DNA of 64,000 nt, from IMG/VR virus record IMGVR_UViG_3300024350_000008, one strand, 5' to 3'. Position numbers and translations under genes: made by a program. Shown here in pieces: positions 10,924 through 21,089 of the stretch. Numbering within the stretch: position 1 is the stretch's first letter; every line of letters starts with the position of its first letter. Under the pieces are notes generated by a model that had not been told where the DNA came from, did no database searches, and saw nothing but the letters and a program-made list of their open reading frames with translations. The DNA comes from a virus (Duplodnaviria > Heunggongvirae > Uroviricota > Caudoviricetes > Crassvirales).

Positions 10924-12468
10924 TTATTGATATTTATCTAACCACCCACCCTTGGTTGGTTTGTTATAGTTTGTAAAGTTAAGCAATTGATCTAACTTTT
11001 TAATAGGTTGGGCATCAGCTTGGTTCACACTGATTCCACCTTTAGCAACAGGATATTCTGTAACATAGTCTCCCTCAAACACATAATTTTTTCCAGGTTC
11101 CATGTATTGAACATCTCCTTCATCAGACACACCAACCAATGGTTCATATACATCTTCCATTGTGATTTGATTGGAAGGAATAATTACAGGTTTTCCCCAG
11201 TTGTCTGGATTCCAATATCCATCAGGATCAATCACTGTACCATCTTGACTAATAGTCTTAGGTTTGAAATCAAGTCCTGCTTGATAGTATTTCATCTCCA
11301 TTCCATTCTGTGCACTAGCCTTGGTCTTCTTAGCATAAGGACCATTGCTAGGAGCAGCTCCCACTGTGCGTGCGTATGTGAATCCTACAGCACCAGGGAT
11401 AGATCCACCCATAGCAAACTGACCACCCCATGCAGGGCTGTAGTTACGTCCAGTGATGTCATACTCCCATCCTACGAATCCATCAGGATAGGTGGCTTTA
11501 TCATCATTAACGTTTGGCTTTGTGCCATAGTTATCTGTTTTCTTTTGCTTCAACACCAGTCCTCCTTGCTCATACTTATCCAACCATCCACCTTCTTCTT
11601 TTTTCTTTGGTTTAACTTCTTTATACCCTCTAAGCCAGTTAGGTTCATAAACCTGAAACTTACTTGCGTCAAATGTTTCTTGAAGAGGAACCATTGCTCT
11701 TCTGTTACCAGCATAACTTTCCACTAATGCTTTTGAAGGTTTACCCATTATGATGGTAGATTCTCCAGCTGGTGTAAATGTCCCCTCTGGGAAGTTTTTT
11801 GGGTCAGCTACAATTAAACGTTCTTTGCCTGCTTTTGGACGAGACTTACCATACCATAAGTTACCCTCAGAAAAGTAAGGCATCCTGTATCCACCAGCAT
11901 CGTCTACAGTAGAAACTGTTTTGAATTTTTCTCCAGTAGAGGTATACATCTCTCCCACCTTTGAAGGATTCCTTTGAGGAAACAAAGCATGGTCAACTAA
12001 TTGTTGACTAGGTTCAACACCTGGTCTGGTTGTAGGTCCGTATTTCTGAAAGTTCTCTAATGCCTCTTCTCCAAATATCTGCCTATACATCATTCCTGGC
12101 TTAGGTCTAAATTTAACAGCCTGTCTCAAAGCACCAACACCTGTGACTAAATTTACAGGATCAAGAAGTATGTCTGTAGCAATGGCACCAGCTTTATTCT
12201 TGATTCCCATAGCCTGAGAAGGGGTTTGATATTTCCCTGTTACAAGTTTTGTTGCAGCTTTTTGAGGCACAGAAAATAAATCAAAGAACCTTGAAACATC
12301 TTCTCCTGTAATTGGTTGAAGAAATGATCCAAACTGAGCTTTATAAGGTTTAGCACCTCCAGCAATAGCACCAAAGAATCTTCTTTGCTTGTCTGTCAAA
12401 GGATGTCCATGCACGCTCTTGTCGTGTAGGATTTCTCTTGCTTTGGATGATGTTAACTTCTTTGCCAT
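10924..12468 (-). CDS. Virion structural protein (514 aa)
   Basis: ORF within the structural operon. Its stop lies 2 nt from the start of the downstream gene. Confidence 0.45.
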   Translation of the reverse strand: MAKKLTSSKAREILHDKSVHGHPLTDKQRRFFGAIAGGAKPYKAQFGSFLQPITGEDVSRFFDLFSVPQKAATKLVTGKYQTPSQAMGIKNKAGAIATDILLDPVNLVTGVGALRQAVKFRPKPGMMYRQIFGEEALENFQKYGPTTRPGVEPSQQLVDHALFPQRNPSKVGEMYTSTGEKFKTVSTVDDAGGYRMPYFSEGNLWYGKSRPKAGKERLIVADPKNFPEGTFTPAGESTIIMGKPSKALVESYAGNRRAMVPLQETFDASKFQVYEPNWLRGYKEVKPKKKEEGGWLDKYEQGGLVLKQKKTDNYGTKPNVNDDKATYPDGFVGWEYDITGRNYSPAWGGQFAMGGSIPGAVGFTYARTVGAAPSNGPYAKKTKASAQNGMEMKYYQAGLDFKPKTISQDGTVIDPDGYWNPDNWGKPVIIPSNQITMEDVYEPLVGVSDEGDVQYMEPGKNYVFEGDYVTEYPVAKGGISVNQADAQPIKKLDQLLNFTNYNKPTKGGWLDKYQ

Positions 12469-13334
12469 TATTTGTAAGAGATTTGAGCTGGTGTGTAAAT
12501 AAACTGAGAAACTAGATGTGCATCTGATCTATTATCTAGGATGTGTCTCACCCTTAAATCTTTTGCTCTTAGAGGTTCCTTCTTAAAGGATCTCTTGCCA
12601 TAGTCCATATTAGGTTGATTAACCACCTTGTCCAAAGACAAAGACTCGCACGTGCGTACGAAGAGAGGTTCTTGTTTGTTCTTCACCAATGACCAGAAGG
12701 TGTTATATTGATAGAAGTTATCTGATTTTGTGAATGTAATTGTCTTAGAATCAACATTATATAAAGGATATTTCAAGTATTCCTTCAAGTTGTTGATTGG
12801 TTTTGGAACCAGTTCCAACACACCAGAAGACTGTTGACCATTGTACAACACTGCCTTATTAAACCAGGCATTATCAGTTTCTATCTTGCGGTTGTCATCT
12901 GATACACCATCCACATCAGGGAAATATCTGTATGCCTTTGTGTAGTCTTTAACACTCTGAAGGATTTCGTCAAAGTATTGGTAGGCAAAAGGATACTCGA
13001 TGATGTATGGCTCTATGTTTCCATAGAACGTATTATATATCACTGGATTCTTCAGATGCCTCCAGATACAAGCTGTTGTGATTTGTTTATAACTGGAAGC
13101 TGCTATTTCTACAGGATTTGTCACACCGATTGGGAATGTTTTCTTGCTTTTACATTTACCAGTGGACTCAATGGTCACCATTGTCACATCGTCTGCAACA
13201 CTGTAGCTAACACCATCAATCAGACTTTCTTTGGAAACACCAGTTGCTATGATGTTTCCAAATTCATCAGTGATGTTAAAGGGACCTGCACTTGGTCCTG
13301 AGATAGTCAGCTTTATGATAATTGTTTTACTCAT
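12468..13334 (-). CDS. Tail fibre or receptor-binding protein paralog (288 aa). It shares its N-terminal roughly 70 aa with the 174-aa neighbour.
   Basis: N-terminal similarity to the 13347..13871 product, including GPF, GVSK and a G-x-C stretch followed by P-x-G. The C-termini differ. Confidence 0.45.
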   Translation of the reverse strand: MSKTIIIKLTISGPSAGPFNITDEFGNIIATGVSKESLIDGVSYSVADDVTMVTIESTGKCKSKKTFPIGVTNPVEIAASSYKQITTACIWRHLKNPVIYNTFYGNIEPYIIEYPFAYQYFDEILQSVKDYTKAYRYFPDVDGVSDDNRKIETDNAWFNKAVLYNGQQSSGVLELVPKPINNLKEYLKYPLYNVDSKTITFTKSDNFYQYNTFWSLVKNKQEPLFVRTCESLSLDKVVNQPNMDYGKRSFKKEPLRAKDLRVRHILDNRSDAHLVSQFIYTPAQISYK

Positions 13335-13346
13335 TTATTAAACGCA

Positions 13347-13871
13347 TTATGGACATGTACCCACTTGACTTATAATAGATAAACTACCTTCTAGAACATT
13401 TGGTGTTTGACCATCACACAAACATCCGCTTCCTGACTCACCTTCATTCAACACTGATGTTTGGTTGTTACCATTACAATCTGTCCATTGTACAATTGCT
13501 CCTGTTCCACCTGCTGTAAAGTTCCAGTTGAAGCAACCAGCTCCTGCACCAATAGACTGACAATAAGTTGTAGTGGTGGTGGATGTGGTTGAAATAGTGG
13601 TGCTCGTAGTGGTGGTTGTACTACTAGATGTTGTGGTGGTTGTGGTTATACCAAAAGGAATATCTATGTAGTTTGTACATACACCATTAGACTTCACTCT
13701 GATTATGGTTGCACCATCAGGGACAAGAAACGAAGTGTACCCAGCTTCAAGAGCTGCCTTAGATACACCAAGTTCAAACGGTGTTACAAATCCGTCCACA
13801 TTTGAATACAGGCTAAAGGGGCCTGTGTTAGTTCCTGCTGTGGTTAATACTATTAATACTGTCTGTGCCAT
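13347..13871 (-). CDS. Small fibre or adhesin-like protein (174 aa) with a poly-Thr/Ser linker and a C-terminal Cys-rich module
   Basis: Shares the N-terminal domain with the 288-aa protein. Contains the linker TTTTTSSSTTTTTSTTISTTSTTTTT. Followed by a Cys-rich, CBM-like tail. Confidence 0.45.
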   Translation of the reverse strand: MAQTVLIVLTTAGTNTGPFSLYSNVDGFVTPFELGVSKAALEAGYTSFLVPDGATIIRVKSNGVCTNYIDIPFGITTTTTTSSSTTTTTSTTISTTSTTTTTYCQSIGAGAGCFNWNFTAGGTGAIVQWTDCNGNNQTSVLNEGESGSGCLCDGQTPNVLEGSLSIISQVGTCP

Positions 13872-13883
13872 AAGTTTATCCTT

Positions 13884-16800
13884 TTATAAAGGTGGTGATG
13901 AACAATAATCCAAATTACTTCCTGTATAAACTGGGTAGCTATTTGTAATTGCTGTGATGCAATCCATAGTTGTTGTGTTCTGTGTACATGAGAATGCATC
14001 TGGATCACCACAGTTGTCTGTTATTTGTACGTCATATATGATGTATCCACTTGAACTTCCGTTTGGTATTGATATAGTGAATGGTACAGTACCAGGACTA
14101 CATCCTGTTACATTAGCATCTATGTCTACATCCACTGCATATCCTAAATTGTTTGTAAAGGTATTTCCATATTGATCCTTCAACGTGCAAGTCACCTTAC
14201 CCTGTATATAATCGTATGTTCCGCTACTACCTGGGTTTATATTACTTGTACATGCCAAGCTTGTTGTGCTATATGCATTATCATCAACTACTAATATACT
14301 AGACAAAACTAATGCAGCTGTAGTGGTAGTGGTAGTAGTTGGTGGCTCAGTTGTTGTTGTAGTGGTGGTAGGTGTTGGTGTTGTTGTAGTGGTTGTGGTG
14401 ACAGGGGCTTCTGTTGTTGTGGTTGTTGTAGTTACACAGGCACTTTCTGCATTTAATACACCACCAGGACTACCTGCTATTGTCCAACATGAAACTCCGT
14501 TGGAATAATATCCATTTGGAGCTATTGTTGTTAGATTATAGTCTGTATAAATTGTCGTACCATTAGCCAATGGATCACCAGTTGCTGCGTAATATGTAGA
14601 GCAATTCGAACATGGAGGTCCATATCCTGCACAAGCTTCTGCACAACCAACATCGCTATAGTTTAGTGTATATTGTTCTGGAGGTGGTGCAGTGGTGGTG
14701 GTAGTTGTTAAAGAAGGACACGAATCACAATCTGCATAAGCTGTACCGAATGCAACAGCAGCATAATCAGCAGGTCCTTCAACTGATAAACTTTCAATAT
14801 ACCAGCAAGTAGCTCCATCGAATGGTGATCCACCGTTATTTAGTAAAAATGCTTGTCCCACCAGGGTTGGTACATCACCAGTACCGTAAGTTATCTTGTA
14901 TGGACCAAAGTCATCTGAGCAACGTCTAACACTATAAATTGGTTCAGGTGGAGCGGTAGTCGTTGTAGTGGTTGTGCTAGATGTGGTGGTTGTGCTAGTA
15001 CTAGATGTGGTGGTTGTAGTGCTTGTACTAGATGTAGTGGTAGTAGTTACAGGAGTTGCTGTTCCTTCCAAATCACAGTTGTAAAGATACACAATACCTG
15101 CAAGAGCACAATCAAGTGTTGTAGTTGTGGTGGTGGTTGGAATAGGTCCAATTGTACCAACAAGCACATCAAAGTCATCACAGCATCCGTTGATACCAGA
15201 ATAGAAGAAGTTGTTTTCTCCAATATACCAATTAGGCAGATAGCTATGGAAGCTTATCCAGCTCTTTGTATTGAAGTTGAAAGACACTGTCCAGCTCTTG
15301 TTACAGAAGTATTTTTCATCAGATACAGATATAGGTATTCTGATTATAAGACCATTCACTTCTTTAACATCATAAAATGTCCTTGTATTTTCATCATACA
15401 TGATGGAATTCACCTTAGGAACATAATCAAGCTTTGTAATAAGCACACGGTCATACTTGCTGTCATACACACCATGTAATCCAATCCCTGTGAAGTTGTT
15501 GTCTGTGTTCACCTTAGGGAAGTAACGCAAGATTTCAAATGCCAGATGGTCTGTAAAGAACCTGTTAAGACCAGATCCAAAACCAGACAAATCTACAGCC
15601 TCTGTTCCAGCTATTAGGAACACCTGACCCCTCTTAGCATCCACACTCACTTGTCCTTGTGGAATCTTCAATAACATCTTGTTTTGAGTTCCTACATATC
15701 CCAAATCAGTTTCTGCGAAGTCAATTGGGGGTGCTCCTCTAAACAACCTTGGATTGCCTACATAGGCAGCCTGAGGGTTACTTGTATCTATTGTAAGGAG
15801 GTTGTTATACATGAGTGTCTTGTTCTCAAAACGAGCAAGAACAGCTCTGTTCTGAATTCCATCTAGAGACACAAGATCTCCAAAGTTCTGAGGGAAATCA
15901 TAATAGGAGATGGCTCTGTAAATCAACCAGCTATTCACTCTGTTGTCAGCATCTATGTTCTGGCTATCAGAATAGATGGCTCTGAATGGATAGTAGGTGT
16001 AACAAGGTTTGTCCCAGTCGATAGGCAAATGGGTGAATGTATTCTCCCTGTTTTGCTTAGAATAGCTCACATTGTAATAGTAGGTGTTATCCTGAGCAAT
16101 AGGTACAAAGCTTTGCTGCACCCAGTCATCAGGAATACCTGTGCTCACGTGAGGCCAGAAATCACCCTCTCTATTATTGAACGCCTGACGCAGGTCAATA
16201 TTGTAAGAGCTTTCACAATAGAAGTTGGGAATACCATATGCAAACAGATAGAAATATCCATCATAGTATGTCCTGTTTGGATTGGTTGAAATAATGGTGC
16301 CTTGTAAAATAGTGGTGGTTGTGGTAGTGGTGATTGAAGGCGTAACAATAACACCCTGATCGTTAGGGCAATCAAAGTTGTGAGCCTTATAAGATATGAT
16401 GTTGGTTAATGTTCCTCCACTACTTACATAATCCTTCAGAATAGATCTGGCTGAGTGCCAGTATTTTGGATAGGCTATATTACCAATCTCATCATAGAAT
16501 ATATCACTGTCATCAGGAGCGTTCACCCTATTATCTATAAAGAAAGGAAGCTTGCTCTTGAATGCAAATCTACTGATGAATGTATCACCACCAAACACTG
16601 TACGTGGTTGGTCAACACTATTTATAATTGCCTGATAACCAGTGTCTACAGTGTCATATGAATAGATCTGTCCATATTGATTTGGGAAGATGTTCTTCAT
16701 AGAAGCATAATAAGACACAACAGATATGTCTTCTTCCTTACCAGGAACATCACAGTTACCAATCTCTGATATGGTGAATCTAGACTTGTCTGTAACCAAA

Positions 16801-19628
16801 GGACTTCCTGAAGACACCATGTTAGGACTTTGGTCTGGGAAAGGAAGCGCTGGTCTGTCTAGATCAGTTCTCAAATATACAGATGATTCCCTCTGGAAGT
16901 TGTTGATGTTGTATACATCACCAACATTCTGCACACCAGGAATCAAATATCTAGCAATGTCTAAGTTTCTCTGCTTTATACCAAGGTTGTCAGGAACTCC
17001 AACACCATAGTTGTAATCAGCTACAGAGTTGAAAGAATAAGCATAGTTTTTTCTGGTGATACCGTTTACATAGATTGTCAAATATGCCTGATATGTGGTG
17101 AACATAGCAGTGGCACTAAACGGTGTGGTGAGAGCACCTAGTTTATTAGAACTGTTAAGAGCATCCACCTGAGCTTGTTCTGTCAAGAGCTTGTATTTAG
17201 CATTGCTCTTCACCTCAACAAAATGGGCCTTGCCACCACCAAACATTACACTCTCAAGCTTCAGAATACCACCTAAGAATGGCTGTCCAAAGGAAGTTTC
17301 AGGAGAGTTGAATATCTGTCTGTACTTCTCTGTTACAGCGTGCTGTGGAGTTTCTATTTTACAATTAGGACCAGTGACACGTGTAGGACCAGTGAAACAT
17401 ATATTATCAGGTGTTCCTTCTATCACCTTTGGGATTGTTCCAGGAACTGCATTGAATGTAAATGTTTCTACATTTGGCCATCCTGTTATCCATTCTGTAG
17501 AAGGTCCGTTGTATATATCAACCCATTCTATCCTATTACCTGTCTTTAAAAATGTAGGAGGACATATTGTTGCCACCCAAACATCATATGTAGAAAGTCC
17601 TGTTCTTCCTGTTGCAGGGGATAACACCAAAGGCTTGCTTGTAGAACATAAATGGTATGTTCCTGTAGAATAATATTTCTGTGTACCCTGTTTATTACTG
17701 TTGCAATCTGTGTATAACACCTCTGCACAGTTGGCACCACCATCAGAGCATGGACCAAGAGACGATATCTCTATTGTGTAATCATCACAAATCTGTGTCC
17801 AGGCATTGTTGTTCTCATTAAGGAATGGATCTACATTAAGATCGTTGTATGGATAGTTGGGATAGAAGTAGGTTTGCTTCTCTCTTTCATACGTATTCAC
17901 ATTCCTAAGGATGCCCTTTGCTACAATAGATTTGTTTGTGCCACGGTCTGCACGTATAATCTTGAATCCAACAATATCACTTTTCTGGTCATCTGTCAAA
18001 CTAGATGACTGAATGAGAGCCTCCACTTGCTGTATATCCAGATGTACACCAATAGGGAATACAGCATCATTTCCCTGCACCATTGCTGTAGGTCCTAAGA
18101 AAATCTTAGACTCATATGCAGCACTGATGTTTATATCTGGGAACTTGTGATGTCTAATTGGTTGACCAGCCAAATCACCCCAAACATCTGCATTACAAGG
18201 ATAGGTGTCTGTAGATTCCCAATATGCAAACTGACCATATTGGTATGGTCCTTTGTAGTCATCAGCAGGGGAATATTCAGGAGCAAATCCTGTAACAGAT
18301 GCTGTGTTGTATATCTTCCAATATGGACTGGTTCCTGTAAAAGGATCAGGTTCTCCAATGAAGTCATCATTTGCTGGAGAAACTGGTGTTAAGTCAAAGC
18401 TTGTTGCTATCCTACCAGGAATATGGAATCCATCTGTTTGCTTGCCATTCTTAAGCAAGAATACTATTTCAAATGCATACACTTCGTCCCTCAGATAACC
18501 TCTAAGGTTGGTGGCATTCAATTCATCTGCGTAATTCTCATTAGCAGGAATTCTCCAGCTTTCCCACTGAAGATTGATTTGATTTGCAATGCTTTGATAG
18601 TTGATACGATCAATGGATGTAAGATTGTCCCATATAAGAATATCTTGAGCTGTTGTCAGGTCTTGTGCAATATCATAATAAGGGAATTTCTCAAATATAT
18701 CATTGATGGTAAGACGGATTTGTGTAACGTTCTGACCAGTGTATGTGATTTGCTTTTGTACATTATCAATGTAATATGTACCCACTAGCTCCACAGAAGT
18801 GATATCATTCACTGTTCTGATCACCGCCAAGTTGAAATATTGGTAGAGCCCACTGTCCTCAAGATTGCTGATATTAAGGATGATGGATTTACCAACAGGA
18901 TAGTTGAAGTTCACTGATGTAATAAACTCATCAGCAATAGGTGTTGGGTTGGTAACAGAATAATAGGATGTGTAAGGATTGCCCTGAGGATCAGAGTATT
19001 GTATAGCAAACTGGTATGTGCCAGCAGTGAGATTTCCTGTGCTAGTGACATCTGTTACATCCAGTTGAGGAATCTTGAAATTAGGCTGGAGTTTGAGTTG
19101 ATTACAGTCTAGATCGTCTGTATACTCAGGATGGCAGAAAGGAGTGCCAGACTTCAACACCTTAGGAATGTTGTCAATGTCTAGGTATCTTCTGGGATTG
19201 TAACCATCTGTCCAATATATCTCAGTGGTGCAGTTGGTAATCTTGTGCGCCACCTTTTGTATGGGATAGCTAGTGTTAAAGTTGAGACATGGAGCATTTA
19301 CAAGTACACGATAGACGCAATCATTGTTTTCCATATATCCAATCTGACTAGCTCCAGTGTCTGGATTGGTGATGAAGAATACATGTTTGTTTCTTTCTTG
19401 GATGAAATGATTACCTATAAGTACAAAGCCAGAAGGGAATGTAACACACAGTTCATTCCCTGGCTCATTCTGATAGTTTACAGAATTAGAGTCAAAGTTT
19501 TCAACAGCAGCGTTTAATGCATACGTAAGTTTCCCCTTCTGTATTTGATTAGGGGTTTGGTCCATGTTAAGACCAGTGGTAGCATTATTATATTCCTGCC
19601 TAATATTACCTTGTTCCTGTTCAGCCAT
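13884..19628 (-). CDS. Giant modular tail fibre or host-recognition protein (1914 aa). It has multiple poly-Thr linkers and repeated Cys-rich, carbohydrate-binding-like modules.
   Basis: Single 5.7 kb ORF. Several TTTTTTT tracts separate small Cys-rich modules. C-terminal Ig-like region. Confidence 0.6.
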   Translation of the reverse strand: MAEQEQGNIRQEYNNATTGLNMDQTPNQIQKGKLTYALNAAVENFDSNSVNYQNEPGNELCVTFPSGFVLIGNHFIQERNKHVFFITNPDTGASQIGYMENNDCVYRVLVNAPCLNFNTSYPIQKVAHKITNCTTEIYWTDGYNPRRYLDIDNIPKVLKSGTPFCHPEYTDDLDCNQLKLQPNFKIPQLDVTDVTSTGNLTAGTYQFAIQYSDPQGNPYTSYYSVTNPTPIADEFITSVNFNYPVGKSIILNISNLEDSGLYQYFNLAVIRTVNDITSVELVGTYYIDNVQKQITYTGQNVTQIRLTINDIFEKFPYYDIAQDLTTAQDILIWDNLTSIDRINYQSIANQINLQWESWRIPANENYADELNATNLRGYLRDEVYAFEIVFLLKNGKQTDGFHIPGRIATSFDLTPVSPANDDFIGEPDPFTGTSPYWKIYNTASVTGFAPEYSPADDYKGPYQYGQFAYWESTDTYPCNADVWGDLAGQPIRHHKFPDINISAAYESKIFLGPTAMVQGNDAVFPIGVHLDIQQVEALIQSSSLTDDQKSDIVGFKIIRADRGTNKSIVAKGILRNVNTYEREKQTYFYPNYPYNDLNVDPFLNENNNAWTQICDDYTIEISSLGPCSDGGANCAEVLYTDCNSNKQGTQKYYSTGTYHLCSTSKPLVLSPATGRTGLSTYDVWVATICPPTFLKTGNRIEWVDIYNGPSTEWITGWPNVETFTFNAVPGTIPKVIEGTPDNICFTGPTRVTGPNCKIETPQHAVTEKYRQIFNSPETSFGQPFLGGILKLESVMFGGGKAHFVEVKSNAKYKLLTEQAQVDALNSSNKLGALTTPFSATAMFTTYQAYLTIYVNGITRKNYAYSFNSVADYNYGVGVPDNLGIKQRNLDIARYLIPGVQNVGDVYNINNFQRESSVYLRTDLDRPALPFPDQSPNMVSSGSPLVTDKSRFTISEIGNCDVPGKEEDISVVSYYASMKNIFPNQYGQIYSYDTVDTGYQAIINSVDQPRTVFGGDTFISRFAFKSKLPFFIDNRVNAPDDSDIFYDEIGNIAYPKYWHSARSILKDYVSSGGTLTNIISYKAHNFDCPNDQGVIVTPSITTTTTTTILQGTIISTNPNRTYYDGYFYLFAYGIPNFYCESSYNIDLRQAFNNREGDFWPHVSTGIPDDWVQQSFVPIAQDNTYYYNVSYSKQNRENTFTHLPIDWDKPCYTYYPFRAIYSDSQNIDADNRVNSWLIYRAISYYDFPQNFGDLVSLDGIQNRAVLARFENKTLMYNNLLTIDTSNPQAAYVGNPRLFRGAPPIDFAETDLGYVGTQNKMLLKIPQGQVSVDAKRGQVFLIAGTEAVDLSGFGSGLNRFFTDHLAFEILRYFPKVNTDNNFTGIGLHGVYDSKYDRVLITKLDYVPKVNSIMYDENTRTFYDVKEVNGLIIRIPISVSDEKYFCNKSWTVSFNFNTKSWISFHSYLPNWYIGENNFFYSGINGCCDDFDVLVGTIGPIPTTTTTTTLDCALAGIVYLYNCDLEGTATPVTTTTTSSTSTTTTTSSTSTTTTSSTTTTTTTAPPEPIYSVRRCSDDFGPYKITYGTGDVPTLVGQAFLLNNGGSPFDGATCWYIESLSVEGPADYAAVAFGTAYADCDSCPSLTTTTTTAPPPEQYTLNYSDVGCAEACAGYGPPCSNCSTYYAATGDPLANGTTIYTDYNLTTIAPNGYYSNGVSCWTIAGSPGGVLNAESACVTTTTTTTEAPVTTTTTTTPTPTTTTTTTEPPTTTTTTTAALVLSSILVVDDNAYSTTSLACTSNINPGSSGTYDYIQGKVTCTLKDQYGNTFTNNLGYAVDVDIDANVTGCSPGTVPFTISIPNGSSSGYIIYDVQITDNCGDPDAFSCTQNTTTMDCITAITNSYPVYTGSNLDYCSSPPL
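14280..14460 (-). repeat. Poly-Thr codon (ACN) tandem repeat tract encoding a linker in the 1914-aa fibre. Similar tracts lie at about 14940..15060 and 13560..13660.
   Basis: The plus strand shows GGTGGTAGTAGTTGTGGT-type repeats. The translation gives TTTTTT runs. Confidence 0.5.
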
Positions 19629-19633
19629 TAGTG

Positions 19634-20605
19634 TTAGTTATTGCGTCTCCAACCATATCTATTGGTACGGTTAGGTAGTTCATACATGTTAAACCTATTA
19701 AGATCGTTGATTATTCTGCGTTGCTTGGTCCAAGGATCTTGTTTCTTAATCTCAATATCAGCCATAATGAACGCCTCATCAGCCTGCTGTTTGTAGAAAG
19801 CTAGCTTTTGTTGAAGCTGATTAAATGTCTCATCATTGGTCTGATTGGTGAGCGTTTCAATCACTTTATACTTAATGAAGGCTTCCACAAACTCCCTGAT
19901 ACGATAGTTGTCAGGAATCAATTGGTTACCCACTTGGTCATATTCTGTTGCATAGAAAAGCAGATGCACTACACCATTGCGGAAGTTAGTAACAAACTTA
20001 TTGTCTCTAATATCAAATGAATCATACCAGGAGGAACCAGGTGTAAACTCGTTGATAGGAGGTGCCTCTTGATAGAATTCCCAGTTGTTGGTATAATCTA
20101 CACCACAGTTACCCTGTGCAGATATATTACCAGGCTTGAGAAGATATTCCTTTCTATAGAGTACAGGTGCTTGATTATTTGTCTTATATACAGCTTGCAC
20201 CAAATCAGGCATACACTTAGGACAAAACTGTTGACCACAATTACCCTCTTCACAAGGATTACCATACACAATCACAGGGCTCACTTGAATAGTTGTAGAG
20301 CTAGCTGCTTGTGAATAGAACGAGTTGGCCTGCTGATATGGAAAACCATTTACAGCTGTACAAAGCCAAGCTTCACGAACAGCGTAGAAATTATCTGGGA
20401 GTCTTGCTTCATAGTCACAGATGTGAAGAATCTCTTGAGAAATCACATAAGTGGTTCTTCCCAGCTTTCTGAGACATTTGTCTAGATAGGTGGGAAACAT
20501 CAAATCATCTACAGCTCCTGTATCAAAATAGCTTTTAAACTCTTCCTTGACGATAGAGTAGATAGGCTCAGGAGTGACGAAATTATATTTGTAATAGTAT
20601 GCCAT
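19634..20605 (-). CDS. Structural protein (323 aa)
   Basis: ORF contiguous with the fibre genes. Confidence 0.4.
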   Translation of the reverse strand: MAYYYKYNFVTPEPIYSIVKEEFKSYFDTGAVDDLMFPTYLDKCLRKLGRTTYVISQEILHICDYEARLPDNFYAVREAWLCTAVNGFPYQQANSFYSQAASSTTIQVSPVIVYGNPCEEGNCGQQFCPKCMPDLVQAVYKTNNQAPVLYRKEYLLKPGNISAQGNCGVDYTNNWEFYQEAPPINEFTPGSSWYDSFDIRDNKFVTNFRNGVVHLLFYATEYDQVGNQLIPDNYRIREFVEAFIKYKVIETLTNQTNDETFNQLQQKLAFYKQQADEAFIMADIEIKKQDPWTKQRRIINDLNRFNMYELPNRTNRYGWRRNN

Positions 20606-21088
20606 CTATAATGCTTTTTTCCATTCTTGATATAAATGTTGGTATTTGTCATCAGCTCTCAGATAGTGGGAGAGAAGCCTAGACGTGTTCCTGGAAGGTT
20701 TGAAATACCACAGCGGTGAGTGTTTAAACCTAGCTGTTAATTTAAACCACATCCATCCAAAGAAATAACCCTCTGTGTGAAAGTTGAAATTGTATATACG
20801 CTTACCTTTTTCTTTTGTCTTCTTCCAATCAATAGGAAGATTGACAAACTCTTTACCATCTATTCCTTTTATCTTCCTGCGCTTCTTCTTGCTTATTGAG
20901 AACTCACCAAACCCAAAGGGCAGCTTTGCTCGTTCTCCTGTCTCAAGAATATATTCTCTAAAGGCATCATTAAAAGAATAGATGATGTTTCTCCACTGAT
21001 CAAATGTAAGCTTGATGGACGGATGTTTCTTACAGAAACTGTTGTAGTTATCTTTGCTAGCGCTTCGCCAGTCTATCTTTACTCTCAT
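20606..21088 (-). CDS. Hypothetical structural protein (160 aa)
   Basis: ORF abutting its neighbours with no gap. Confidence 0.35.
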   Translation of the reverse strand: MRVKIDWRSASKDNYNSFCKKHPSIKLTFDQWRNIIYSFNDAFREYILETGERAKLPFGFGEFSISKKKRRKIKGIDGKEFVNLPIDWKKTKEKGKRIYNFNFHTEGYFFGWMWFKLTARFKHSPLWYFKPSRNTSRLLSHYLRADDKYQHLYQEWKKAL

Positions 21089-21089
21089 A

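Noticed and set aside
14266-14508. Plus-strand 80-aa ORF encoding poly-Val and poly-Gly
   Set aside because: It is the antisense reading of the ACN poly-Thr codon repeats of the fibre gene.
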